A DNA stretch of 64,000 nucleotides. Source: an uncultured cyanobacterium (lineage in GTDB: Bacteria; Cyanobacteriota; Cyanobacteriia; Cyanobacteriales; Microcystaceae). The DNA is taken from assembly GCA_963807635.1 (NCBI GenBank), contig CAWEDJ010000075.1, positions 1 to 64,000 on the forward strand, given 5' to 3'. The notes beneath the pieces are model-generated. The model had not been told where the DNA came from. It ran no database searches and saw only the letters and a list, made by a program, of their open reading frames with translations. Within the stretch, counting starts at the first letter, position 1. Every line of letters starts with the position of its first letter. This document shows positions 1-10,525 of the stretch, one piece after another. The position numbers and the translations under genes are program-made.

Positions 1-1641
1 GAGCTTGCTGAAAAAAGCTGAAAGCCTATATAAGAAAAGAGATGAAGGGATGCAGAGAGCAAACAAAGTGCAAAAAAAAAGATCAAAAATGAGTGAAAAG
101 GCTTGCACCCTTCCCCCTTCCAGAGCAATGAACGATGTACCCCAAAAAAAAATCCGAAAAATGGACTGTTGAAACTTCAAAATACCAAGTGAGTGGAAGC
201 CAAAAGAAGAAAATCGTTGGGTAATCATGAAAAAAATAATTCCGTGGGAGGAATTTGAAAAGAACATGCAAAACAATTTTCAGAAAATAAAGAACAATAG
301 CCAAACAATTTAGGATGGCATCAGGGTCATTAATAATAAAAGAAATATTGAGAATAAGTGACCAGAAACAGTAGAACAAATAAAAGAAAACACCTACTAC
401 AATATTTTATAGGATAGAAGTATATGAAAATGAGGAGGCATTTGATGCGTCATGTTAGTACATTTCCATCAAAGAATAGGAATGACTTGGTAATCAAATA
501 AATAAAGCAATGGTAAAAAAAGAAGAAGAAATAGTATCAGAAGTAAAAGAAAAAAGTGAAGGGGAAAATCAGAATAGAGGAAAGCTATTAATAAATGCAA
601 CCTGCTCACCAGCAGACATCAAATATCCAACAGATATAGGAATCTCGAATGAGGCAAGAGAAAAACCGAAAAAATAATAGACAACTTGTATAAAAAAACT
701 AAAAAAAAAGGAAAAAAACCAAGAACCTATAGAATAAGAGCCAGAAAAGATTACTTAAAATTGTCAAAAAAACGCAGTTGTCGAGAAAAGAAAGGAGAAA
801 GGGCATAAAAAAACAAATCCAATATATCAAAAGAAACCTTTCCCATATAGAAAAATTAAGAGAAGATAAAGAGGTCGCAAAATTAAGTAAAAAAACGAAA
901 AGATACTGTCGATAATACAAAAAGCCTATGAGCAACAAGTAGGAATGTATGAAAATAAAGAAAATAAGGTAGAAAATAGAATTGTGAGTTTGACTCAACC
1001 TCATGTTCGTCCCATTGTTAGAGGAAAAGCGGGAACGCCAGTAGAGTTTGGTGCAAAACTATCAGCAAGTTATGTGAATGGATATCTTTATTTATACCGA
1101 TTAAGTTGGGATAATTATAATGAATCAGGCGACTTCAAAGGACAAATAGAAGAGTTTAAACGTGAGACAGGCTACTATCCCCAGTCTGTTCATGCTGATG
1201 CAATCTATCGCACAAGGGGAAATCGCGCTTTTTGTAAGGAGAAGGGAATTCGATTAAGTGGCCCACCCTTGGGAAGACGACCCACAAATATTAGTCCAGA
1301 AAAAAAGAAAGAAGCTCTTCAAGATGAAAGAGACCGTAATGCTATTGAAGGCAAATTTGGTCAAGCAAAGAGACGATTTAGCCTCAATCGAGTTATGACA
1401 AAACTTCCTGATACCTCTGAAACCGCTATTGCTATCACCTTTTTAGTCATCAATCTTTTTGCCCTGCTTCGGCAGGTTTTACGTTTTTTTTGTCTTTTTC
1501 GGAAGAAGAGCTTATTTTTCTGCCCTCTTATTAGCCCAGCTTATGCTTTGTGTTGACAATTCATTTAACCCTTATGTTTTACTCGCCTTAAATTCATAAA
1601 TTAATCCCCTCTTCCTGTTTTTTGACTTTTTCAGCAAGCCC
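1..1641 (+). mobile_element. IS5-family insertion sequence inserted in the outer group II intron ORF
   Basis: Terminal inverted repeats: GAGCTTGCTGAAAAA at 1-15 and the reverse complement of 1627-1641 (GGGCTTGCTGAAAAA). Encloses a DDE transposase. Confidence 0.85.
135..1556 (+). pseudogene. IS5-family transposase; 5' half broken by frameshifts in A-runs, intact C-terminal ORF 945-1556
   Basis: Motifs RIVSLTQPHVRPIVRGKAGTPVEFGAK, AD-x-IYRTR and RNAIEGKFGQAKRRF are typical of cyanobacterial IS5 transposases. Confidence 0.8.
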
Positions 1642-1882
1642 TAAATACCTTCCATGCCCTGTGATTGATGTACCAGAGTGAATTTCTAGCTCCATCCATC
1701 TTGCAGAATTTATGGTATTGTCTCCATCCTCTGACCAATGGGGCTAATTTCTCAGCCTTTACCTTGGAACCATAGTTCGAGTTATTGACGATGTGTTTTA
1801 CCTTCTTGCGAAAAGCTTTGAAGTTATCCACTGAGGGGACACAACGAAACTTACCGTTGTTTTGCACTTTAAAGTGGTTGAA

Positions 1883-3673
1883 CTAAGCAATTCTCTCACG
1901 AAAACCACTCGTCTTCAAAACGGTACATGAAACTTTCACTTCATACCGCTCCTCTTTTACCTGATTCTTATCATGAATACCTTGATTGAGTGAGCCATCT
2001 TGAGCAGTCTTTTGGTCGTGACAGTGAGCATGAAGCAACTGGAGATTGCTATAGGAGTCCTTTCCACCTAATGATTTTGGCACTACATGGTCGGTTTCTA
2101 TAGCGTCACCTTCTTTGAATATCGCTCCACAGTATAAACATTTGCCTTTTTGTTGTTTTAGGAGTTTATTGGTTGACGTACCTAGTTCTTTGCTTCTACC
2201 TAGTCTGGAAGCCCAGTAAATGCTATCACCATCATAAGGAGATTTTCCACTTTTGACTTTGATATGCCTTTCAATTTTAGTGTCTGCGTGTACTAAGAGT
2301 GTCTGTTTACCCTCCTTGAAAACCCAATTTTTAACGCTATCTTTTGTAACACATTGATGATAGTACTTATCCTTAACCCAAGTTTTAGGCTTATTAGGAT
2401 GTCTTCTAATACACCATCTACGAAGTAAACAGTAAACTAGGTGATTCAGTTTTTTAAATATTTTCTTGCTTACTGTCGAGGAGTAGTAGTTACACCATCC
2501 TCTAATAATTGGGTTGAGTATTTTAATGAGATTTTCTTGTTTTACTGCTTTGTTATTTCTAACTATTTTAGCTATTTTCTCATAATGTCTCTTGATAGCT
2601 TTCTTGGAGGGTTTGATGAGAGTTTTATATCCTCTCTTAACTCCTGTCCTTTTATCCGTTTTCCCATTTTGGATAGCGTACTGTCGTACATTAAATCCTA
2701 GAAAATCGAATCCTTTATTTGTGTTCAGTGTGTGAACTATCTGGGTCTTTTCGGGTTTAAGTTGTAATCCAATTGGTTTCAAGAATTCGCTAAGGATTTC
2801 CTTTGCACTTTCTATCACTTCTTTGGATTCATACAGACAAACGAAGTCGTCTGCGTATCTTACAAAGGAAAATGAATCGAGGTTATCCCTCTTGCATCCT
2901 TTCCAAGTTCTTACCCATTCTGTCAAGACCGTTTCCATACCGTGAAGGGCGATATTGGCTAACAAGGGGCTTATAGTGCCTCCCTGCGGTGTTCCTTCTT
3001 CAGTTGGGAATAATTCGTTTCCTTCCAGATATCCTGCTTTGAGCCATGCTTTAATTTGTACTCTGATGCTCTTAGGACATTTTCCTAACTTTTTCAATAG
3101 ATAGCTGTGATTTATGCTATCAAAGCATTTGGAGATATCAGCATCAAGAACCCATTTAGGCTTTTTATTGATGCTAGAAAAGATTTGTTCAATGGCATCT
3201 TGGCTTTGTCTACCTAATCGGAATCCATATGAATTTGGCTCGAAGACTGCCTCCCATTCTGGCTCTAGAGCCATTTTGATGAGCATTTGGACTGCTCTAT
3301 CGTTAATCGTGGGTATACTTAGTGGGCGTTTCTCATCCGTACCTTCTTTTGGGATATATATCCGTCTAAGAGGTTTAGCTTTGTGGGAGATTTGGAGTCT
3401 TTCCACTAATTGAAACCTTTTTGCTGGTGGGATGGACTTTACTCCATCAATACCTGCCGTTCGTTTCCCTCTATTGTCTTGAGTTATTTTTCTCACTGCT
3501 AATGTTTTAGCGGCAAAGCTCTTGACCAAGAGTTTCTGAAGCTGTTTGACCAGCTTGACGTTTTCCTCTTTCTTAGCTCGAAAAATTCGCTTTTGTAGTT
3601 TCCAGAGTTTCTTCTCTAGCTTACGCCAGTTTATTTCACTCCAGTTCGTATACTTAGCTTTCGCTTTGCTCAT
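1883..3673 (-). CDS. Group II intron RT/maturase with HNH endonuclease (RT-X-D-En), intact
   Basis: GTPQGGTISPLLANIAL, RYADD, GFDFLGF, IIRGWCNYY, CLYC...DHVVPKSLGG...NLQLLHAHCH. Confidence 0.95.
   Translation of the reverse strand: MSKAKAKYTNWSEINWRKLEKKLWKLQKRIFRAKKEENVKLVKQLQKLLVKSFAAKTLAVRKITQDNRGKRTAGIDGVKSIPPAKRFQLVERLQISHKAKPLRRIYIPKEGTDEKRPLSIPTINDRAVQMLIKMALEPEWEAVFEPNSYGFRLGRQSQDAIEQIFSSINKKPKWVLDADISKCFDSINHSYLLKKLGKCPKSIRVQIKAWLKAGYLEGNELFPTEEGTPQGGTISPLLANIALHGMETVLTEWVRTWKGCKRDNLDSFSFVRYADDFVCLYESKEVIESAKEILSEFLKPIGLQLKPEKTQIVHTLNTNKGFDFLGFNVRQYAIQNGKTDKRTGVKRGYKTLIKPSKKAIKRHYEKIAKIVRNNKAVKQENLIKILNPIIRGWCNYYSSTVSKKIFKKLNHLVYCLLRRWCIRRHPNKPKTWVKDKYYHQCVTKDSVKNWVFKEGKQTLLVHADTKIERHIKVKSGKSPYDGDSIYWASRLGRSKELGTSTNKLLKQQKGKCLYCGAIFKEGDAIETDHVVPKSLGGKDSYSNLQLLHAHCHDQKTAQDGSLNQGIHDKNQVKEERYEVKVSCTVLKTSGFRERIA
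1918..1951 (-). ncRNA. Group II intron catalytic domain V (inner intron)
   Basis: GAGCGGTATGAAGTGAAAGTTTCATGTACCGTTT: 34-nt hairpin with AGC triad and GAAA loop, followed by a DVI-like stem and terminal AC. Confidence 0.9.
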
Positions 3674-5763
3674 CGTTTTTCATCTACTATTTACGACCTT
3701 TTCTTTCAAATAAAAGTGTTTCCGTCAGCATATCCCTTCCATTATGATTGGGCATTGGCTTCTGAAACAATCCCGCTCCATATAGTACTTGCGCTGGTTA
3801 CTACTCGGTTTTCGACCTTACCGAGAGTCCTATAGGAGTTACTTCGTTCCATCTCATCATTTCGTATCACTTTTAGTGTCCTTGACCTCCCCCGACTCCT
3901 ACTTATTGAATGACCTAATTAGCGGCATGGATTCTAATTAGCTTCAGAGTTTTAATACCTTTCAGCCTTATTTGGTATTTCCTTTCCTAACGAGGGTTTG
4001 ACAAAGTTCGTGTAACCTACACATGAGTGATTTTGCTAGAAGTGTCACTGATTTAGGCTATCAGTTTATCCTCATTTCTCGGAGCTTTAGACATTTGAGA
4101 ACCAGTCGCTTGCCTATCCAAGATGCTTTCAGATGGTCATTACATCGGTAGGAATTTAACCTACATGATTGAGATAGTTCTCTAGAGATTTTCTCTAGGC
4201 TAGCTATTTGGGGCTTTTTTAGCCTTTCCCGAAGCTAGAACGAGTCGCACCCAACCGAGGAAGTCAAATCCATCTGTCGCGGCGGTTATCTTAGTTTTCT
4301 TTTTACTGACGTTCATACCTCTTTTTGCTAGAAATTCACTAATCTTTTCAAGTATTATCTCAGCATTGTCTTGGGGTCGAAGGATTATGACCATATCATC
4401 GGCATATCGGATTGATGCTTCCGTTATTACGTTGTTTATTTCTCCTTTATACCAATGAATACTTTCTATCCCATTGAGGGCAATGTTGGCGAGCAGTGGA
4501 CTAACAACTCCACCTTGCGGTGTTCCTTGGTCTGGAAATCCTATCTTTGTCCCAGCTTTTAGGCATCTGAAGATACCTAGCTTTAGCCCTTTAGGGGCGA
4601 TAAGATTGTCCATGATTGCAGAGTGATTAATCCTATCGAAGCATTGTTCAATATCGAGTTCGATGACTCGCTTATTGATTCCATTACTTGTGCTTCTTAG
4701 ATGGTTGAACAATAGTTTTGAGCATCATGTGCCGAACGTCCTGTTCTAAATCCATAACTTCTAGCATGGAAGGTTGCTTCGTGCGCTGGTTCGAGAGTAT
4801 ATTTTGCTAGGCATTGCCAAGCTCTGTCCGCTATAGTAGGCACTTTTAGTATTCGAGTTGTTCCGTCCTTTTTAGAGATTGGAATTTCTCTTAAACCTGA
4901 GTGCTTCCAATTGGAATAGTTCCGACTTATTAGGTCTGATAAGGCGAAGCGTTCTTCAAATTTGAGAGATGCTTTGCCATCTATTCCAGCCGTTTTCTTG
5001 CCAGCGTTTAACTGTGTAACTTGTCGGATAGCTAGTAATCTAGCAGCTTGAGATTTTAGAATCAGTTTTTGAAGTGACCGCGCTTTCCGCTTGTCTCCTG
5101 CTTTAACTGCTTTGAACACTCTTTTCTGTAGTCGGAATAACGTCTTTTGGAATTTCTTCCAAGGTAGTTTCTTCCATAGTTCACTGGTGTTAATACCGTG
5201 TCTAACCATAATCTGCTCCAATTGTGTTTTCTATATACCTCAAGGCAATTACGCCTTGTCCTACCCGAATCTAAGGAATTGCACCTCTCGTCTGGTTTAC
5301 TGAGGATTCGACCGCCCTCAGACCCTAGATTCGTTTTTATTCGTTCCATCCTTTTGATTGATTGTCTCTTTAGATGTAGCCACTTCAACTGCCAGAACCC
5401 CTTACTCTTACCGATATCATCAATAATTCGGCGGGATACTAATTTCTGGCGAAGTCAGACTCTAAGTAGGGCTTAGTATTGCGTCTGCTTCAATGCTGAG
5501 TTGCTTTTCTAGGCTCTGTTTCATCATAGGGACTCCCTGTTAACGCCAGTGTCATCTGCAATTGATGTCTGATTGCGTCCTGTTCCCAGCTTCACCCTCA
5601 CAAATTCCGAGTTGTGTCAGTGTGGGCAGATAAGGAGTTACCTTTGAGTTTAAGGAGAGGGTCTTTCACCCTCATCAAGAGGATAGTTAAGCTAGTCTTG
5701 GGAGACTTTACTCTAGCGGTTATTTACGAACTTTCACCGTGATTCACGCTAAACGAATCGCAC

Positions 5764-6649
5764 TTTGACAACTTATGCAAATTTCTCGCCGAAAACTTTT
5801 CTGAAGATTATGCCACTTGGTTGCTCGGTCGTCCCGTTACGTTGACCAAACTGAGTCCCACAGAATTATCTTTAGAACCGATTCGCGCTGACTCCCTCAT
5901 TCTCGAACAATCGGAAGATGTGGTATTACACCTAGAATTTCAGACCGAACCCGATGAAAGCATGGGTTTTCGGATGTTGGATTATCGAGTCAGAGTCTAT
6001 CGCCGTTTTCCGAATAAAATCATGCACCAGGTCGTGATTTACCTGAAACCCACTAAATCAAATTTGGTCTATCAAGATAGCTTTCAACTCGGAGAAACGA
6101 CTCATCGTTATCGAGTCATTCGGTTATGGGAACAACCTTCAGAGGTATTTTTAAAGAGTCCAGGGTTATTACCGTTAGCGATATTAACCGAAAGCGAGGA
6201 GCCGACAATACGGTTACGCGAGATTACCAAGGGATTGGATACAATAGAAAACCAAGGGATGAGGGCTAATCTTATGGCTGCAACGGCAGTATTCGCAGGA
6301 TTAGTGATGGAACCTGAAATGATTAAAACGATTTTAAGGAGTGACATTATGAAAGAATCAGCTTTCTATCAGGAAATTTTACAAGAGGGTCTCCAAGAGG
6401 GTCTCCAAATGGGTCGCCAAGAAGGTCGCCAAGAAGGTCGCCAAGAAGGTCGCCAAGAAGGTCGCCAAGAAGGTCGCCAAGAAGGTCGCCAAGAGGGAGA
6501 GGTTGCTCTTCTAATGCGGTTGTTGGTCAAACGTTTTGGGAATGTATCGGAGTCTATTGAATCTCGTTTAACTCATGCTTCGATCGCGGATTTAGAACGA
6601 TGGGGCGATCGCATTTTAAAGCCAAGACTTTAACGGATATATTTGATTG
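5764..6649 (+). pseudogene. Rpn-family (PD-(D/E)XK) / DUF4351 protein, severed from its start codon by the intron
   Basis: Frame from 5764 reads FDNLCKFLAENFSEDYATWLLGR into ORF 5821-6633. Motifs RADSLI, HLEFQT, RMLDYRVR, QEGR repeats. A 1-nt slip near 6620 hides the ending AKTLTDIFD*. Confidence 0.85.
6382..6498 (+). repeat. 12-nt coding tandem repeat CAAGAAGGTCGC (6 perfect copies 6418-6489 plus degenerate flanks)
   Basis: Read directly; encodes QEGR/QEGL units. Confidence 0.95.
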
Positions 6650-6714
6650 ATAACATTGAGGCGATCGCATTTTTCTGAATTTGGGAAGAGGCGATCGCGT
6701 TTCTATGACAAATC

Positions 6715-7488
6715 CTAGTCGCACCACAGGGATAATAATAGGGTTTTATCGTCCGTTGTACGGGCATTTAAGCGATCGGAATTTAAAAACGCATTGAGAT
6801 AATCATCCTCTTCTTCAGGATTCTCTGTTTCTTGCAAATAGGTTTCCAGTGGCTCAAAAAAAGGCGCGAAGGGCATCCACTGGACTAAATTGAGAGAAAC
6901 CCGTTCTACTCCATCGGTGGCGGCACAAATAAAGGTCGGAACTTCGGTTAAAACTTTGACCTGTAGGGAGTCGATCGCATGGTCAGAGGTGACAAAGGTG
7001 GTTTCATTGATATATTCCCCTTTGTCGGGCTGAAAGAGGAGACGATAGGTTTCATTTTTGTCACGAATCACCATAAAACCATCCCCAATTTGCATTCCTG
7101 CTAACCAATGGGGAGTGGCGATAAAGACCAGAAGAGTTGAAGCCAGATCACTCAAATTCCCTTCCATTTCTGTCGTCACAATGCTTAAACGCGATCGCAC
7201 AGATTCGATTAACTGAGTAAAAAGAAGTTGGGCTTGTTCATCACTTAAGGGGTCATTCGTCGGGAGATCTTGCACCGAATCAGCATGAATTGCTTCCAGA
7301 AATCGTAGAGATTCATTCACTGTGGTTTTCGCCCCAATATCTGCGTATTTGGCACTGCCTGCTCCGTCCGCGATCGCGCCAATTAAGATATTTCCGTCTA
7401 GCAAGAGATAACGCCCGTAATCTTGGCAGGGGAGATTTGATTGCTGATGACTGGTACCAATGCTAGAGCGGGTGATAACTTTCCACAT
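6715..7488 (-). CDS. PP2C-like Ser/Thr phosphatase of TerY-P type (YegK/PphC-like)
   Basis: GTSH...PCQD, AIADGAGSA, QIGDG, KGEYINETTF, ATDG, DDKT motifs. Confidence 0.88.
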   Translation of the reverse strand: MWKVITRSSIGTSHQQSNLPCQDYGRYLLLDGNILIGAIADGAGSAKYADIGAKTTVNESLRFLEAIHADSVQDLPTNDPLSDEQAQLLFTQLIESVRSRLSIVTTEMEGNLSDLASTLLVFIATPHWLAGMQIGDGFMVIRDKNETYRLLFQPDKGEYINETTFVTSDHAIDSLQVKVLTEVPTFICAATDGVERVSLNLVQWMPFAPFFEPLETYLQETENPEEEDDYLNAFLNSDRLNARTTDDKTLLLSLWCD

Positions 7489-7516
7489 AACTTTTTGATG
7501 AAGGATTTCTCTTAAT

Positions 7517-7637
7517 TAAGTAAATGGGTCATAAAATTTATAAAATCCCCGCGTCCTACGGACACCCCCCTTATCAAGGGGGGCAGGGGGGATCAATCAC
7601 AAAATCTATTGTCAGCTTAATCGTAATCAGTTAATTA
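7517..7637. repeat. 121-bp MITE-like dispersed repeat, copy 1
   Basis: Core GTCCTACGGACACCCCCCTTAT(C/T)AAGGGGGGCAGGGGGGATC is shared with 53033-53153; same length; TAAG...TTA ends. Confidence 0.75.
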
Positions 7638-7654
7638 ACTCATTAAATTCTGTT

Positions 7655-9343
7655 TTACTCAACCAATACGGTTAAACGACGTTTAAGGGTTTCTAATCCT
7701 AATCGTTGACTGGCAGAAATAAAAACAGCCTGGGGATATTCTTTCTTGGCGGTTTCTAAGGCTTCACTACTGACTTGATCGATTTTATTAAAGGCAATCA
7801 ACATGGGGCCTGTGGTGATGGGCATTTCTTCTAAAATCGTTTCAACGGATTGAAGTTGGCGTTGCCAAGCGGGATGGGATAAGTCCACGATTTGCAAAAG
7901 GGCATCGGCTTCTGTCACTTCTTCCAAGGTTGCACGAAAGGCATCCACTAGAGAAGGCGGTAATTCATGGATAAAGCCTACGGTGTCGGTTAAAAGAAAT
8001 AAATGCGATCGCTGATTGGCAGGATCGACAATAGTTAATTTACGGGTCGTCGGATCAAGGGTCGCAAACAATTGATCGGCAGTATAAACATCGGATTGGG
8101 TCAGGGCATTAATGAGGGTCGATTTACCCGCATTGGTATAACCGACGATCGCGATACTGGGAATTTCCTGTTTTTGTCGATTTTTGCGTAAACGAGAACG
8201 ATGGGACTGGAGTTGATTCACATCCTGTTGCAATTTAGAAATACGGCGTTGAATGGTACGGCGTTCCGTTTCTAGCTTGGTTTCCCCTGGCCCCGTGTCC
8301 CAATTCCTCCTCCCAACCGAGACATGGCCCTTCCTCGTCCTGTCAAACGGGGCATCATGTATTCCAGTTGGGCGAGTTCAACCTGTAATTTTCCTTCCTG
8401 GGATTGGGCGCGTTGGGCAAAAATATCTAAAATCACTTCCGTTCGGTCAATCACCCGTACCCCCAATTGGGTTTCGAGATTACGGATTTGGGAAGCGGAT
8501 AGGTCTCGATCAAAAGGCCACTAGGTTAGCTCCTGTGGTTTGCACTTTGAGGCTAATTTCTTCCACTTTTCCTGAACCAATCACGGTTTGGGGATGGGGT
8601 TGCGATCGCTTTTGACGAATTGTTTCCAAGACTTGTCCCCCTGCGGTATCGATGAGGCGCACTAATTCAGCTAAACCTTCTTCAAAAACCTGATCGGAAT
8701 GGGAATCGGTTTGGAGTCCCACTAATAAAACGCGGTCTTGATCCGCTTCAACTTGGCGGGCAACAAATTCACGGCTAAATTCGGCTTCTAGATTTTCAAC
8801 AAATTCCAGAAAATCTTGGTCACTCAAATTTTCTAGACTGAGGGCGGGGGAAACTTGCCAATAGGAAACGGTTTCGGGAACTGGATCGGGTTGGGGTAAG
8901 AGATTCGCTAAATAGACTTCTTTGATATAGCCCGTTGCACCACCACCCCTTCTTTCAAAGCCTTCGCCCGTTAGAGCCAGCACTACCAACGCATCCAAAC
9001 GCTGTAGAACCATCGCCGTTAAACTGGATTCCCTCGGCGGTTCTGCTTTTAAGCTCGTGGTCAGGCAACGAATCCCCGAAAGCCGTTCTGCCCCGTAGCG
9101 GGGTAACTCTAGGGGAGGAATTTGGGTCTGCCTGGGGGTTCCGACTCCGACTCGTATCACCTGACCCCGACGATTAATATAGACCGAGATCGGTTGATTG
9201 ATTTCTGTACTAATGGCCGCCAGGCGTTGGGCGAATTCGGTGGTGGTAAAGCGATCGCCCTGTAAACGCTGATGGTACAGTCGTTGGAGTTGTTTAGTCT
9301 GGTTGGTTTTTAGTCCTTGTAAATTCCCAAATACGGTTTCGAT
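7655..9343 (-). CDS. hflX: GTPase HflX (cyanobacterial long form); two 1-nt frameshifts (~8515, ~8291), probably sequencing errors
   Basis: [63 protein letters not shown] across three ORFs. Confidence 0.9.
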
Positions 9344-9786
9344 AGGAGTAACTCGCGGTTTAAAATAAAGTGTAATACTCAAATTTTACAGAAAAGTTCG
9401 TCCAAGTCTCGATCTCCCCTAAACCCTTTCAAGTCTGCGATCGCCTTTTAGATTTCAAAAAAGTCAATAATCCCTCAAACAGGGCAAAAAATCCAGAAAG
9501 AAATATTCAGATCGGAATCCTCAAAATTTTGTTAATCCTGAAGTAATGGAACTTCACAGAATATTCACAAAAATACATTAACTTCAATTCAACTCGGTTC
9601 TTTGTTAATAAATGAGATGGGCTAAATCTGCTCTATTAAACAGTTTAGAAAATCCAGCTATCTTTGAATCATCCTCATTTTTCGACAATACTAACTGAGT
9701 ATTACTCACCTAATTATAGGTTCTCTAGCCCGACAAGTTTGATCACTCTCATCGATGAGCCAATCGATTTTAATTCAGGAGACATC

Positions 9787-10209
9787 ATGACCCAATACCT
9801 CAGCGTTCTCAAAGAAAATCCTTATTTTTGTCGTTATCAGGTTTTCTCCAGTGAGACCCTAGAGAAACAAGAAACCCCTTTTTATTTCCAACTCTATCCT
9901 CTCCATCTCAATCAACAAGTGGTTGTTTTCTCCAAAAGACTGTCGGATACTTTCCGCTCTACTCCACAAAATGTCCAAGATATGGCCACCCTAGTTCTGA
10001 AGGAATTATTGTTACACCCAGAAGATGTGATCTGGATAGAAAAATCCTTTTCTGCTTTTGATAAAAGTCAGCCTATTTTTAATCGAATTATTTTTGAATG
10101 GCAAGATGGCCAAGCGAACAATCCCCGATGGGTCAAAATCACAGAAGATTGGAATCTGGTTTGGTTAGAAAACCTAACGGCAAAAACGGTTGTTCTCAAT
10201 AAAAATTAA
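9787..10209 (+). CDS. Hypothetical protein
   Basis: Open frame, with AGGAGA just before the ATG at 9787. Confidence 0.6.
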   Translation: MTQYLSVLKENPYFCRYQVFSSETLEKQETPFYFQLYPLHLNQQVVVFSKRLSDTFRSTPQNVQDMATLVLKELLLHPEDVIWIEKSFSAFDKSQPIFNRIIFEWQDGQANNPRWVKITEDWNLVWLENLTAKTVVLNKN

Positions 10210-10525
10210 ACTTGTTTCGATGTCTACTGATCTCGTTTCAAGCGAGTATGGCTAATCACTCGACCAAAAGAGACAATTTTCTTGGATGAGTCGTCGTTAT
10301 TTTGAAGCGATCAGGCTTGACGAACTCTTAAGGGGTTCTTAACCTGGTAATATGTTTTCAGAATAATGGGGTTTTACTCCTCCGATTGTTTCGTTTAAGG
10401 CTCGTTCGCAGCTTGACTGGTTTTGGTGGGAATCTACCTGAAATTTCTGCTGTAAGCGAGACCGCTCCCAAAAAAGGAGAGTTAGTTCGTCTGTATGATA
10501 ACTTATAAGCAAATGTTATAGTTCC

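Larger units (their letters stand above)
1877..4250 (-). mobile_element. Inner (nested) group II intron, complete, 2374 nt
   Basis: 5' end GTGCGACTCG at 4250, domain V at 1951-1918, 3' end ...TTCAAC at 1877. Exact removal restores the outer RT frame. Confidence 0.93.
1642..5209 (-). pseudogene. Outer intron RT/maturase in three pieces (5209-4697, 4712-4251, 1876-1642)
   Basis: RT0 (LPWKKFQKTLFRLQKR), PTIADRAWQ, GTPQGGVVSPLLANIAL, RYADD. GFDFLGW|HFKVQ rejoins in frame once the inner intron is removed. Domain X LVRGWRQY. One A missing near 4717; cut by IS5 at 1641. Confidence 0.88.
1642..5763 (-). mobile_element. Outer group II intron; 5' end present, 3' part (DV/DVI) lies beyond the IS and outside the window
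   Basis: Minus strand starts GTGCGATTCG at 5763 (GUGYG consensus), then about 550 nt of non-coding RNA domains and an RT ORF. Host gene reading frame abuts at 5764. Confidence 0.88.

Noticed and set aside
83..1004. Hydrophobic minus-strand ORFs as membrane proteins
   Set aside because: They mirror the A-rich transposase strand; the Phe/Leu richness is compositional.
1883..5209. The two RTs as the DGR, retron or defence RT serving the CLec gene
   Set aside because: Both have RT0, YADD, domain X and GUGYG intron boundaries, and one has DV and HNH. They are group II intron proteins, and no template repeat or Avd is nearby.
6382..6498. Tandem repeat as a CRISPR array
   Set aside because: 12-nt units with no spacers, in frame within a coding sequence.
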